Shown piece after piece: positions 18,979 through 26,970 of a DNA stretch of 32,000 bases. The stretch's first letter is position 1. Every line of letters begins with the position of its first letter. The position numbers were made by a program, and so were the translations under genes. The notes beneath the pieces were generated by a model that saw nothing but the letters and a program-made list of their open reading frames with translations, was not told where the DNA came from and made no database searches. The stretch covers positions 1,080,001-1,112,000 of the forward strand of contig OZ252279.1 in the NCBI GenBank assembly GCA_965250005.1, read 5' to 3'. The stretch comes from Demequinaceae bacterium. GTDB lineage: Bacteria; Actinomycetota; Actinomycetes; Actinomycetales; Demequinaceae.

Positions 18979-20673
18979 ATGACCTCGACACGGACGCCCG
19001 CACTAGCCGAACTCCGTGCGACGGTGCACAAGTATCTCCCGGGAATCATCGTTGCCGCCGTCGCGGTCTACTATCTCGCAATCGCCTCACGCTCTCTCGG
19101 CCCCGCCTTCCTGGTCGACGAGGTCGGATATCTTGCGAACGCCCACATCCTCGCCAATCCCGGATCTGTTTGGGAGCTCTGCGGGGACGGGTACGCCGCC
19201 GGTCTTTCGCTCCTCCTTGTCCCCTTGTGGTGGATCTTTGAGGACCCAGGACAGGTTTATGTCGCTGCCATCGCCCTCCTCGCCGCTATTGGCATCGCCG
19301 TCATCTGGCCAGCGTCGCGCCTTGCCGAGCGCATGGGCGCAACCCGCCTGCAAGCCGTGGCAGCGGGCGCGCTAGTGACCCTGCCTGCCACACGGTCCCT
19401 TATGGCCAACTACGTGCTGACAGAGAGCGTGCTCGCGTTTCTAGCAGTAACCGCTGCGGCCGCCGCTGTCTCCTACGCTCACACTGGCCGCCTAAGGATG
19501 TTGATCGGCCTCGCCGCCGCCGTCGGCGGCCTCGTGATAGTTCACGGGCGCGCGCTGCCGCTAGCTGCGGTAACCATCGCATGGGTGGTGCTCGTGGCGC
19601 GCAGACACCTCGCTCACATCGCGATCGGCATTGGTACTGTCGCCATAATGTCCGCGGCAGGGCTGGCACTTCAGTCCTGGGTTACGGCACGGACCTCGAT
19701 CGACGCCGGACGCTTCGAGGACGCGGCAGGGCTCCTCGGTCGCCTCGAACCTGAGCGGCTGTGGCAGGTGCTGGTGGGGCAACTTTGGTACCAAGGCATC
19801 GCGTGGACCCTTCTCACATTCCTTGGAGGTTTGGTCCTCGTGCGGTGGTGGTGGGCGCGTCGCGACGACCCCTCCCGCGCGGGGTGGGCGTGGTTGATCG
19901 CCGCAACAGGGGCGCAAGCGCTGTTCTTTGTAGTCTTCCTTGCAGGCTCGGCCGACAGCTGGAACCGGCTCGACATTCCGATCTATGGGCGCTACGTCGA
20001 TCCGTTCGTCGTGCCACTAGCGGTGGTTGGATCGGTCGTGCTCCTGCGCGCAATCCATCGGCGCCTCACGCTTGCCGCGCTGGGCGCGGTTGCCGTTTCC
20101 AGCATTCTCGTCATTCTGGTTGTCGAACCCACACTGCCTGACAAACCCGTTTGGCTGCATTTCGCGATTCCGGGCGTCGTTCCCTACCTCGATGTCGACC
20201 AGATCGGCGTGACAAGTGGCGGGCCATGGGTCGTGGCATCGGGCGTCACTGTGGCCATTTGTCTCGTTGTGGTTGCCATGCGCCGACGCCCGGCTGTGGC
20301 TGTCAGTCTCCTTGCGCTGTTCTTCGTCACTACCTCCCTCATCGCGGATACCAAGGAAATCGACCCGTTCGAGGCCGAGACCCGGAACCCTCCGCCGTAC
20401 CCGAACACTCTGGACGCGCTCGGAACAACGGAAGTCGCTCTCACCGAAGCGAATCTGACGTGCTACGTCAGAAACAAGTCCCTCTTCTGGCTGGCTGATC
20501 TCGACGTCACGCTATTGGATCAAAGCAGTGAACGTGTGCGCGGTGGCGCCGTTATCGCGCCCGGCATGTGGACGGCCGCTGAGGAATCTGGCGCCGTCCT
20601 TATACCTCTGTCCGTTTGGCAAGACTGGGGCGTATGGGTGTTTGACGACGATGGGCTAGACGCAACACAGTAG
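18979..20673 (+). CDS. polytopic membrane protein, GT-C-like glycosyltransferase candidate (ArnT/PMT_2-like)
   Basis: 564 aa with many hydrophobic segments. An acidic DE motif lies in the first extracytoplasmic loop just after TM1 (GPAFLVDEVGYLANAHIL), as in GT-C enzymes. The C-terminal ~150 aa are soluble. The family call is inference. Confidence 0.6.
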   Translation: MTSTRTPALAELRATVHKYLPGIIVAAVAVYYLAIASRSLGPAFLVDEVGYLANAHILANPGSVWELCGDGYAAGLSLLLVPLWWIFEDPGQVYVAAIALLAAIGIAVIWPASRLAERMGATRLQAVAAGALVTLPATRSLMANYVLTESVLAFLAVTAAAAAVSYAHTGRLRMLIGLAAAVGGLVIVHGRALPLAAVTIAWVVLVARRHLAHIAIGIGTVAIMSAAGLALQSWVTARTSIDAGRFEDAAGLLGRLEPERLWQVLVGQLWYQGIAWTLLTFLGGLVLVRWWWARRDDPSRAGWAWLIAATGAQALFFVVFLAGSADSWNRLDIPIYGRYVDPFVVPLAVVGSVVLLRAIHRRLTLAALGAVAVSSILVILVVEPTLPDKPVWLHFAIPGVVPYLDVDQIGVTSGGPWVVASGVTVAICLVVVAMRRRPAVAVSLLALFFVTTSLIADTKEIDPFEAETRNPPPYPNTLDALGTTEVALTEANLTCYVRNKSLFWLADLDVTLLDQSSERVRGGAVIAPGMWTAAEESGAVLIPLSVWQDWGVWVFDDDGLDATQ

Positions 20674-20736
20674 AGGCCTCTCAGTCAAATTGCGGGAGTT
20701 ACGGACTGCGACTTTTCGACTAGTCTGGGAAACACT

Positions 20737-21621
20737 ATGACCACACCGCCAGCAGCGTCTCCACCTGCCAACTGGTACCCGGATCCCCAGACTCCAGGGC
20801 AGTTGCGGTACTGGGACGGGCAGCAATGGACACAGCATGTCCATCCGGCTCAGCAGCCCGCGCCGCCTGCCGCGACCCAGCCTGCGACAGGCGGCACGCT
20901 GACGCCCGGCGGACCGGGCGCAGTCCAGCCGGGCGCAGTCCAGCCGGGCGCAGTCCAGCCGGGCGCAGTCCAGCCGGGCGCAGTCCAGCCGGGCGCAGTC
21001 CAGCCGGGCGCAGTCCAGCCGGGCGCAGTCCAGCCGGGCGCAGTCCAGCCGGGCGCAGTCCAGCCGGGCGCAGTCCAGCCGGGCGCAGTCCAGCCGGGCG
21101 CAGTCCAGCCGGGCGCAGTCCAGCCGGGCGCAGTCCAGCCGGGCGCAGTCCAGCCGGGCGCAGTCCAGCCGGGCGCAGTCCAGCCGGGCGCAGTCCAGCC
21201 GGGCGCAGTCCAGCCGGGCGTCCGGCCGCGAGCCCACGCAGATCCCACGCCGCCCACCCCGAAGGACATCGATCAGGACACCGGGCGCGGGCCTATCGGG
21301 GACAGCCCATCTTCCGCGGTTCATTGGCTCGTCCCCACCGGCCGATCCCCGCAGGCAAGGCTCGCAGGAGGAATCGGATTCCTTAGTCTGCTATTGGCCG
21401 GAGTAGCCGTGTCTGGGGTTCTGGAAGTGTATGGCGCTTACCTCGCCGCTGGCATCGCCATGATGGCGGTCGTTTTTGGAGTGATCGGAGTTCAAAAGGC
21501 GAGCCAGGGCTTCCACGGAGGGGGCCGATCGTGGTTCGGCGTTGCCGCGGGATTCATCGCAATAGGCGTTGCAACCTATGAATATCTGTACCCAGAGGCC
21601 CTGCTCAACCTCGTCGTCTAG
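20737..21621 (+). CDS. DUF2510-type membrane protein carrying a (GAVQP)20 repeat linker
   Basis: N-terminal WYPDPQTPGQLRYWDGQQWTQHV motif, a P/Q-rich spacer, the repeat, then about three hydrophobic segments (GIGFLSLLLAGVAVSGVL, LAAGIAMMAVVFGVIGV, FGVAAGFIAIGVATY). Confidence 0.8.
   Translation: MTTPPAASPPANWYPDPQTPGQLRYWDGQQWTQHVHPAQQPAPPAATQPATGGTLTPGGPGAVQPGAVQPGAVQPGAVQPGAVQPGAVQPGAVQPGAVQPGAVQPGAVQPGAVQPGAVQPGAVQPGAVQPGAVQPGAVQPGAVQPGAVQPGAVQPGAVQPGVRPRAHADPTPPTPKDIDQDTGRGPIGDSPSSAVHWLVPTGRSPQARLAGGIGFLSLLLAGVAVSGVLEVYGAYLAAGIAMMAVVFGVIGVQKASQGFHGGGRSWFGVAAGFIAIGVATYEYLYPEALLNLVV
20916..21215 (+). repeat. perfect tandem repeat, 15-bp unit GGGCGCAGTCCAGCC x 20
   Basis: Direct reading gives 300 bp of head-to-tail identical units: 25 nt, then four full 60-nt lines, then 35 nt. 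A degenerate partial unit follows at 21216-21230. There are no spacers. Confidence 0.97.
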
Positions 21622-21642
21622 CGCAAACCTTGACGCGTGCGG

Positions 21643-22593
21643 CTAGATCGCGCCGAACCGCTTGGCGACCTCGCGGATGGATGTGGCCGAATCCTTCAGT
21701 GCAACCGCCTCGCGCTTGTCCAGCGGCACGTCCACCCGTGTGGAGACGCCCTGCCGGCCCACCACCGCAGGCAGCGACATGCACACCTCGCCCACGCCCG
21801 GATAGTCGATCAGCGTTGAGACCGGGAGTACCCGGTTCTGGTCGCGGAGCACTGCTTCCACGATGCGCGCGCCCGCGGCACCGATCGCGAAGTTGGTCGC
21901 GCCCTTGCCCGCGATGATCGTGTACGCGGACTCCTTGACCTCGTTGCGAATCTGCTCGCACCTTTGGGCAGTCATGACGGGCTTGCCGTCGGGGCCGAGC
22001 CAGTCAGTCAGAGGCAGCCCGCCGATGGTCGCCGACGACCAAAGTGCGACCTCAGAGTCACCGTGCTCGCCTGCGATGTAGGCGTGCACATTACCCACCG
22101 CGACACCGCACTCCTGCGCCACGCGATACCTGAGCCGCGAGGAGTCCAGCACCGTACCTGAGCCAAACATTTGCCGCGGCGACATGCCTGACTTCTTGAT
22201 CGCCGCGTAGGTCACAACATCGACTGGGTTGGTAACGAGGATGAAGATCGCGTCAGGGGTCACGTCGATGAGTGGCGGCAGGATCTTGTCCATCAAACTG
22301 ATCGTGGCCCCAGCGAGATCGAGGCGGCTCTGCCCAGGCTGTTGCTTGGCGCCAGCTGTGATCACCACAACGTCGGATTCGGCGCAGACCTCAATGTCGT
22401 CTGACCCAACAACGCTCGCTTGCGGCATAAACTCCATGCCCTGAGCGAGGTCGAGCGCCTCGGCTTCGACCTTGGCCTTGTCAATGTCGTACAACGCGAC
22501 GGTGCGGGCGAACCCACGCATCAGTCCCGCGTACGCGAGCGTAGCGCCCACGGCGCCAGCGCCAACGATGGAGACTTTGCTGCTCGCGTCCAT
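21643..22593 (-). CDS. ldh: L-lactate dehydrogenase
   Basis: KVSIVGAGAVGATLAY Rossmann motif, LVTNPVD, and IAGEHGDSEVALWS signature; 316 aa. Confidence 0.93.
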   Translation of the reverse strand: MDASSKVSIVGAGAVGATLAYAGLMRGFARTVALYDIDKAKVEAEALDLAQGMEFMPQASVVGSDDIEVCAESDVVVITAGAKQQPGQSRLDLAGATISLMDKILPPLIDVTPDAIFILVTNPVDVVTYAAIKKSGMSPRQMFGSGTVLDSSRLRYRVAQECGVAVGNVHAYIAGEHGDSEVALWSSATIGGLPLTDWLGPDGKPVMTAQRCEQIRNEVKESAYTIIAGKGATNFAIGAAGARIVEAVLRDQNRVLPVSTLIDYPGVGEVCMSLPAVVGRQGVSTRVDVPLDKREAVALKDSATSIREVAKRFGAI

Positions 22594-22612
22594 GATCCGC
22601 CTCGATGCCAGA

Positions 22613-22633
22613 CGCCCGGCCTTCTGCCGGGCG
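22613..22633 (-). terminator. GC hairpin between the helicase stop and the ldh start (candidate terminator/attenuator)
   Basis: CGCCCGGC (22613-22620) pairs with GCCGGGCG (22626-22633) around a 5-nt loop, 9 nt downstream of the helicase stop on the minus strand. No U-tract. Confidence 0.4.
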
Positions 22634-22641
22634 CCTTCAGC

Positions 22642-24123
22642 CTATCCGGCGTTTCGGCGTGAGGACTGCGAGCGACGTGCGCCTCCGGAGTAGCCGCCGG
22701 ACCGACCAGCGGACTGGCCCCCTGACCGACGCTGCGACGAACCCCCGGAGCGCGTAGAGCCCTCTCCTGCGGACCTAGAGGAGCCGGCGCCACCGGAGCG
22801 ACCCGAGCCGTGACGTGAGCTGCCTCCACGGCTACGACCGTCACGCTGGGGGCGTCCACCCGAGCCTTTGGAGCGCCCGCCAGATCCCTGTGAAGGGCGG
22901 CCTCCGTTGCGCTTGGCGTCCCGTGCCGCGGATACTGCTGGGTCGACGTGTGCTGCGACCTCTCCCACGAGCCGCGTGAGGGCGGGGTGATGCATGGTGA
23001 CCTGCTGCGGTTGGGCGTCGATCGATGCACGGCGCAGTAGCTGACGCGTATCGCGGCGCTGGCTAGGCAGAACCAGTGTTACTACGTCTCCTGCGCTTCC
23101 CGCGCGTGCGGTGCGGCCCGAGCGGTGAAGGTATGCCTTGTGCTCGGCAGGAGGGTCGACGTGGACCACGAGTTCGACGCCGTCGACGTGGACGCCGCGG
23201 GCGGCCACGTCCGTTGCGACGAGCACGCGGACGCCCTCGCCACCGAAAGCGGCAAGGTTGCGGTCGCGCTGACGCTGGTTCAGATTGCCGTGCAGGTCAA
23301 CGGCCGGGATACCGGACTCGGTGAGGTGCGCGGCAAGCTTCTTGGCTTGGTGCTTGGTCCGCGTGAAGAGAATGCGACGTCCCGTACCGGACGCCAGCGA
23401 GCGAAGAACTTCCTTCTTGGCTTCAGGATTGGGGATTTCGTAGACGTGGTGAGTCATCGCCTCGACGTGCGAATCCGTGTTGTCCACCGAGTGGCGCACT
23501 TCGTTCTTGAGGAACTGCCGAACGATCTTGTCCACGCCATTGTCGAGCGTGGCGCTAAAAAGCAGGCGCTGCCCACCCTGGGGCGTGGCCTGCAGGATTC
23601 GCGTGACGCCGGGCAGGAAGCCAAGGTCTGCCATGTGGTCGGCCTCGTCGATGACGGTGACCTCAACCTGGCTGAGGTCGATTACGCGCTGGCGCATGAG
23701 GTCCTCAAGCCGGCCGGGGCAGGCGACGACAATGTCGGCGCCGCGGTCAAGCGCGATTTCTTGACGACGCTGCGGGACACCTCCGAAAATCGTGGTGGTG
23801 TTCATGCCGTACGCGCGGGCAAGCGGCTCGAGCACCGCATTAATCTGGGTGGCGAGCTCACGAGTAGGTGCAAGCACCAGGCCTCGAGGCTTGCGGCTGC
23901 AGCCACCAGCGTTCGAGCCAGCTCCGAGCCGGGCGACCATCGGGATCGAGAACGCAAGCGTCTTGCCCGATCCGGTCTTGCCGCGGCCAAGCACGTCGCG
24001 CCCAGCAAGAGTGTCAGGGAGCGTGTCCACTTGGATAGGGAACGCCGTGGTCTTGTCCTCGCGCGCGAGAAGTTTGACGATGGGCTGTGGCACGCCAAGC
24101 GCGCCAAAGGTTGTTTCAGACAA
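22642..24123 (-). CDS. DEAD-box ATP-dependent RNA helicase with a Gly/Ser/Arg-rich C-terminal tail
   Basis: Q motif (TFGALGV...AFPIQ), Walker A GKTGSGKT, VIDEADHM, SAT, and HRSGRTARAG. The last ~95 aa are RGG/SR low complexity. Apparent TTG start at 24123. Confidence 0.93.
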   Translation of the reverse strand: MSETTFGALGVPQPIVKLLAREDKTTAFPIQVDTLPDTLAGRDVLGRGKTGSGKTLAFSIPMVARLGAGSNAGGCSRKPRGLVLAPTRELATQINAVLEPLARAYGMNTTTIFGGVPQRRQEIALDRGADIVVACPGRLEDLMRQRVIDLSQVEVTVIDEADHMADLGFLPGVTRILQATPQGGQRLLFSATLDNGVDKIVRQFLKNEVRHSVDNTDSHVEAMTHHVYEIPNPEAKKEVLRSLASGTGRRILFTRTKHQAKKLAAHLTESGIPAVDLHGNLNQRQRDRNLAAFGGEGVRVLVATDVAARGVHVDGVELVVHVDPPAEHKAYLHRSGRTARAGSAGDVVTLVLPSQRRDTRQLLRRASIDAQPQQVTMHHPALTRLVGEVAAHVDPAVSAARDAKRNGGRPSQGSGGRSKGSGGRPQRDGRSRGGSSRHGSGRSGGAGSSRSAGEGSTRSGGSSQRRSGGQSAGRSGGYSGGARRSQSSRRNAG

Positions 24124-24370
24124 AGTAAATGGTGCCTTTCAGGCATCAGCGGGCGGCCTCGCGTTTACGCACGCGCTACTGCCCTGATTGTGGCGAAGGT
24201 GGCGGTGGCCACATCCGTTCGCCGAAGAAAGTGTCTACGAGCCCGGCGCACCACAATGAAGGTGAACGGGGCGAGAAGAGGAAGCGTTCTGCGACGCAGC
24301 AGGCCCGACTGTGGGCTTGCCAGTGACTCCAGAGTACACGATGCGGGCACCACCGGGACCTCCGCCGCTA

Positions 24371-26710
24371 CTAGAGTTTGGCGACCGGGGCGAACCGGAG
24401 CAGCAAACGCTTCACGCCAACACCACCAAAATCGACCTTGGCCACCGCGTTCTTGCCCTGGCCCTCGAGGGTCACAACCTTGCCCATACCGTACTGGTCG
24501 TGAGTCACGCGGTCGCCTATCTCGAGGCCGAGGTCGGCCCCGGCCTTCGCCCCCGGCGGGCTGGGCGGCATGCTCCGGGACGACGCGCCCGCGTTCGCGT
24601 AGGTGAAGCCGTCCTCGCGGTCTTGATTGCCGCCATACGTGCTCGACCAGCCACCAGCACCCTTCTCCGAGCGCGCGCGCAGCGACGCCATTGACGACTC
24701 CGATCGCGTCCACTCGACGAGCTCGCCGGGAATCTCGTCCACGAATCGCGAGGCGGGGAAGTACTGCGGCGCCCCCCACGAGGCTCGGACCTCCGACCGC
24801 GTCAAGTACAGCCGCTCGCGAGCGCGCGTGAGCCCCACGTAGGCGAGCCGGCGCTCCTCCTCCATGTCGTGCGTGGACTCCATGGACCGCGCGTGCGGGA
24901 ACGTGCCGTCCTCCATCCCGGTGAGGAACACCACGGGAAACTCGAGCCCTTTGGCGGTGTGGAGGGTCATCATGGTGACAACACCTCCCGAGCCGTCCGC
25001 GTCCGGGACCTGATCCGCGTCGGCAACCAACGCTACTTTTTCCAGAAAGTCCGCGAGTGTCCCCTCGGGGTTTTGCTCGGTGAATTCCCGGCCCACCGCT
25101 ACGAGCTCCATCACGTTCTCGATCCGGCTCGCGTCCTGTGGATCATCCGAGGAGCGGAGCGTGTCGAGATAGCCACTGCGGTCCGCGATTGCGTCCAGCA
25201 CGCCCGCAGGTCCGTTGTCGCGCGCGAGCGAGCGCAGGTCGTCCATGAGAGCCGTGAACGCGTCAATGGCCGCTCTAGACCGCGGCGCCAGGCCCTGCAC
25301 CTCGTCCAGACGGCGAAGGATGGTTCCGAAGCTCAAAGGCGTGCCAGCGTCGGCTTGCGACTTCCGTAACCGCTCGACGGCCTGCACCGCCGCATCGCCG
25401 ATACCACGCTTGGGCGTGTTAATCACGCGCCTGGTTGCGATGTCGTCATCCTCGTTCACGATCGCCGCAAGGTAGGCAAGCATGTCCTTCACCTCGCGCC
25501 TCTCGTAGAAGCGCGTGCCACCCACGAGCTTGTAGGGAATCTCAGAACGGATGAATCGCTCTTCGATCGCGCGTGACTGCGCGTTCGCGCGGTACATGAC
25601 CGCGACGGCCGCATACGCACTGCCTTGGTCTGCGATCAACCGGCCAATCTCGTCGGCAACGTACTGCGCTTCTTCTTGCTCGTTGTCCGCCGCGTAGCCG
25701 ACAACTTTTTCCCCCGCGCCCGCGTCCGTCCAGAGATTCTTGGCCTTACGCGACCCATTGTTCGCAATCACTGCGTTCGCAGCGTTCAGGATGTTTTGGG
25801 TCGAGCGGTAGTTCTGCTCGAGGTGGATGATATGCGCGTTCGGGAAGTCCTGCTCAAACTCGAGGATGTTGCGGATGGTCGCGCCTCGGAACGCGTAAAT
25901 GCTCTGATCCGCGTCTCCCACCACGGTCAGGCTTGCCGGGCTGTCCGTTCCAGCGCCTGCGAGTTCGCGCACCAACACGTACTGCGCGTGGTTGGTGTCC
26001 TGATACTCGTCCACGAGGACGTGGCGGAACCGCTCGTGATAGCGAGCCGCGACATCGGGGTTCTCTTGCAACAGCCGCACGGCCTTGACAATGATGTCGT
26101 CGAAGTCCACGGCGTTGGCCGCCTCCAGTCGCGACTGATAGATGCCGTACGCCTGGGCGGCGCTTCGCTCAATCGCAAACTTGGACGCGCTCTCCGCGGT
26201 TGCGAGCGCCGCCTCCGACGTCACCAGTTCGTCCTTGTATTTGCTGATTCGGTTGAGGAGCACCTTGGCCGTGAACCGTTTGGGGTCGAGCTCCAGCTCT
26301 TTCATCACGAGCTTCATGAGGTTCTGGGAATCAGCAGTGTCGTAAATTGAGAACGAAGATTTGAGGCTGGCGAGTTCGTGGTCGGCGCGCAGGATGCGCA
26401 CGCACGCGCTGTGAAACGTGGACACCCACATGCCCCGGGACTCTGGGCCTACCAGGTGTGCGACGCGTTCGCGCATCTCTTCTGCTGCCTTGTTGGTGAA
26501 GGTGATCGCGAGGATCTCGTGGGGTCGCGCCCGGCCCGTCTCGAGCAGGTGTGCGATGCGCTGCGTGAGGACGCGCGTCTTGCCAGAGCCCGCCCCAGCG
26601 ATGATCAAGAGAGCGGGGCCGGCATGTTCTACTGCCTCCGCTTGCTGTGCGTTGAGGTGCTCGCCGATGGGCGAGTCGGAGGGCATCGTAGCGTCGAAAA
26701 GGGCATCCAT
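24371..26710 (-). CDS. pcrA: ATP-dependent DNA helicase PcrA/UvrD1 (SF1A)
   Basis: LNAQQAEAV, AGAGSGKTRVLTQRIAHL, FTNKAAEEM, VDEYQDTN, and a C-terminal Tudor-like GDRVTHDQYGMGKVV segment; 779 aa. Confidence 0.95.
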   Translation of the reverse strand: MDALFDATMPSDSPIGEHLNAQQAEAVEHAGPALLIIAGAGSGKTRVLTQRIAHLLETGRARPHEILAITFTNKAAEEMRERVAHLVGPESRGMWVSTFHSACVRILRADHELASLKSSFSIYDTADSQNLMKLVMKELELDPKRFTAKVLLNRISKYKDELVTSEAALATAESASKFAIERSAAQAYGIYQSRLEAANAVDFDDIIVKAVRLLQENPDVAARYHERFRHVLVDEYQDTNHAQYVLVRELAGAGTDSPASLTVVGDADQSIYAFRGATIRNILEFEQDFPNAHIIHLEQNYRSTQNILNAANAVIANNGSRKAKNLWTDAGAGEKVVGYAADNEQEEAQYVADEIGRLIADQGSAYAAVAVMYRANAQSRAIEERFIRSEIPYKLVGGTRFYERREVKDMLAYLAAIVNEDDDIATRRVINTPKRGIGDAAVQAVERLRKSQADAGTPLSFGTILRRLDEVQGLAPRSRAAIDAFTALMDDLRSLARDNGPAGVLDAIADRSGYLDTLRSSDDPQDASRIENVMELVAVGREFTEQNPEGTLADFLEKVALVADADQVPDADGSGGVVTMMTLHTAKGLEFPVVFLTGMEDGTFPHARSMESTHDMEEERRLAYVGLTRARERLYLTRSEVRASWGAPQYFPASRFVDEIPGELVEWTRSESSMASLRARSEKGAGGWSSTYGGNQDREDGFTYANAGASSRSMPPSPPGAKAGADLGLEIGDRVTHDQYGMGKVVTLEGQGKNAVAKVDFGGVGVKRLLLRFAPVAKL

Positions 26711-26730
26711 TTGGCTACGAGTCTAGGCCG

Positions 26731-26970
26731 TCAAACGGACTCCGTTTGAAACAGGACCACTTGGTTGCGGCCACGTTCCTTCACCTTGTACAGCGCCGAG
26801 TCTGCGCGGTTGATGCGCTCATCGAGCGCGACGCTCCCGTCGCCGCTTACAACGCTAACCGAAATGGTCACGTCGTGACGGTGATCGGTGCACGCACTCG
26901 CGTCCCAAGAGAAGAAGAGCAAAGCATAGGACACATGGGCTGCAACGCTAACGGAGAGAAACGCCCGCAA
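26731..26970 (-). pseudogene. C-terminal remnant of a GGDEF (diguanylate cyclase) domain; no GGDEF motif or N-terminal half
   Basis: The last ~50 aa (WDASACTDHRHDVTISVSVVSGDGSVALDERINRADSALYKVKERGRNQVVLF) match the canonical end of GGDEF domains (vt.SiGva ... AD.ALY.AK..GRN.v). The upstream 25 aa are unrelated hydrophobic sequence and no SD is visible. Confidence 0.6.

Noticed and set aside
20916-21215. Possible CRISPR array
   Set aside because: The units are contiguous with no spacers, the unit is only 15 bp, it lies in-frame inside a gene, and no cas genes are nearby.
20656-21386. ORFs encoding (ARLDC)n, (GRSPA)n and (PGWTA)n
   Set aside because: These are the other reading frames of the same 15-bp tandem repeat. 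Only the 20737..21621 frame has a recognisable N-terminal domain (DUF2510-type) and C-terminal TM segments.
23125-24606. 493-aa plus-strand ORF antisense to the DEAD-box helicase, extending into the pcrA 3' end
   Set aside because: Shadow ORF of two well-supported minus-strand genes. It has low-complexity Arg/Gly/Ala composition, no SD, and crosses an intergenic region.
26731-26749. LexA/SOS box upstream of pcrA
   Set aside because: The palindrome is AAACGGA-N-TCCGTTT rather than the GAAC-N4-GTTC (TCGAAC-N4-GTTCGA) pattern of actinobacterial LexA sites, so spacing and core do not fit. It is kept only as an unassigned palindrome.
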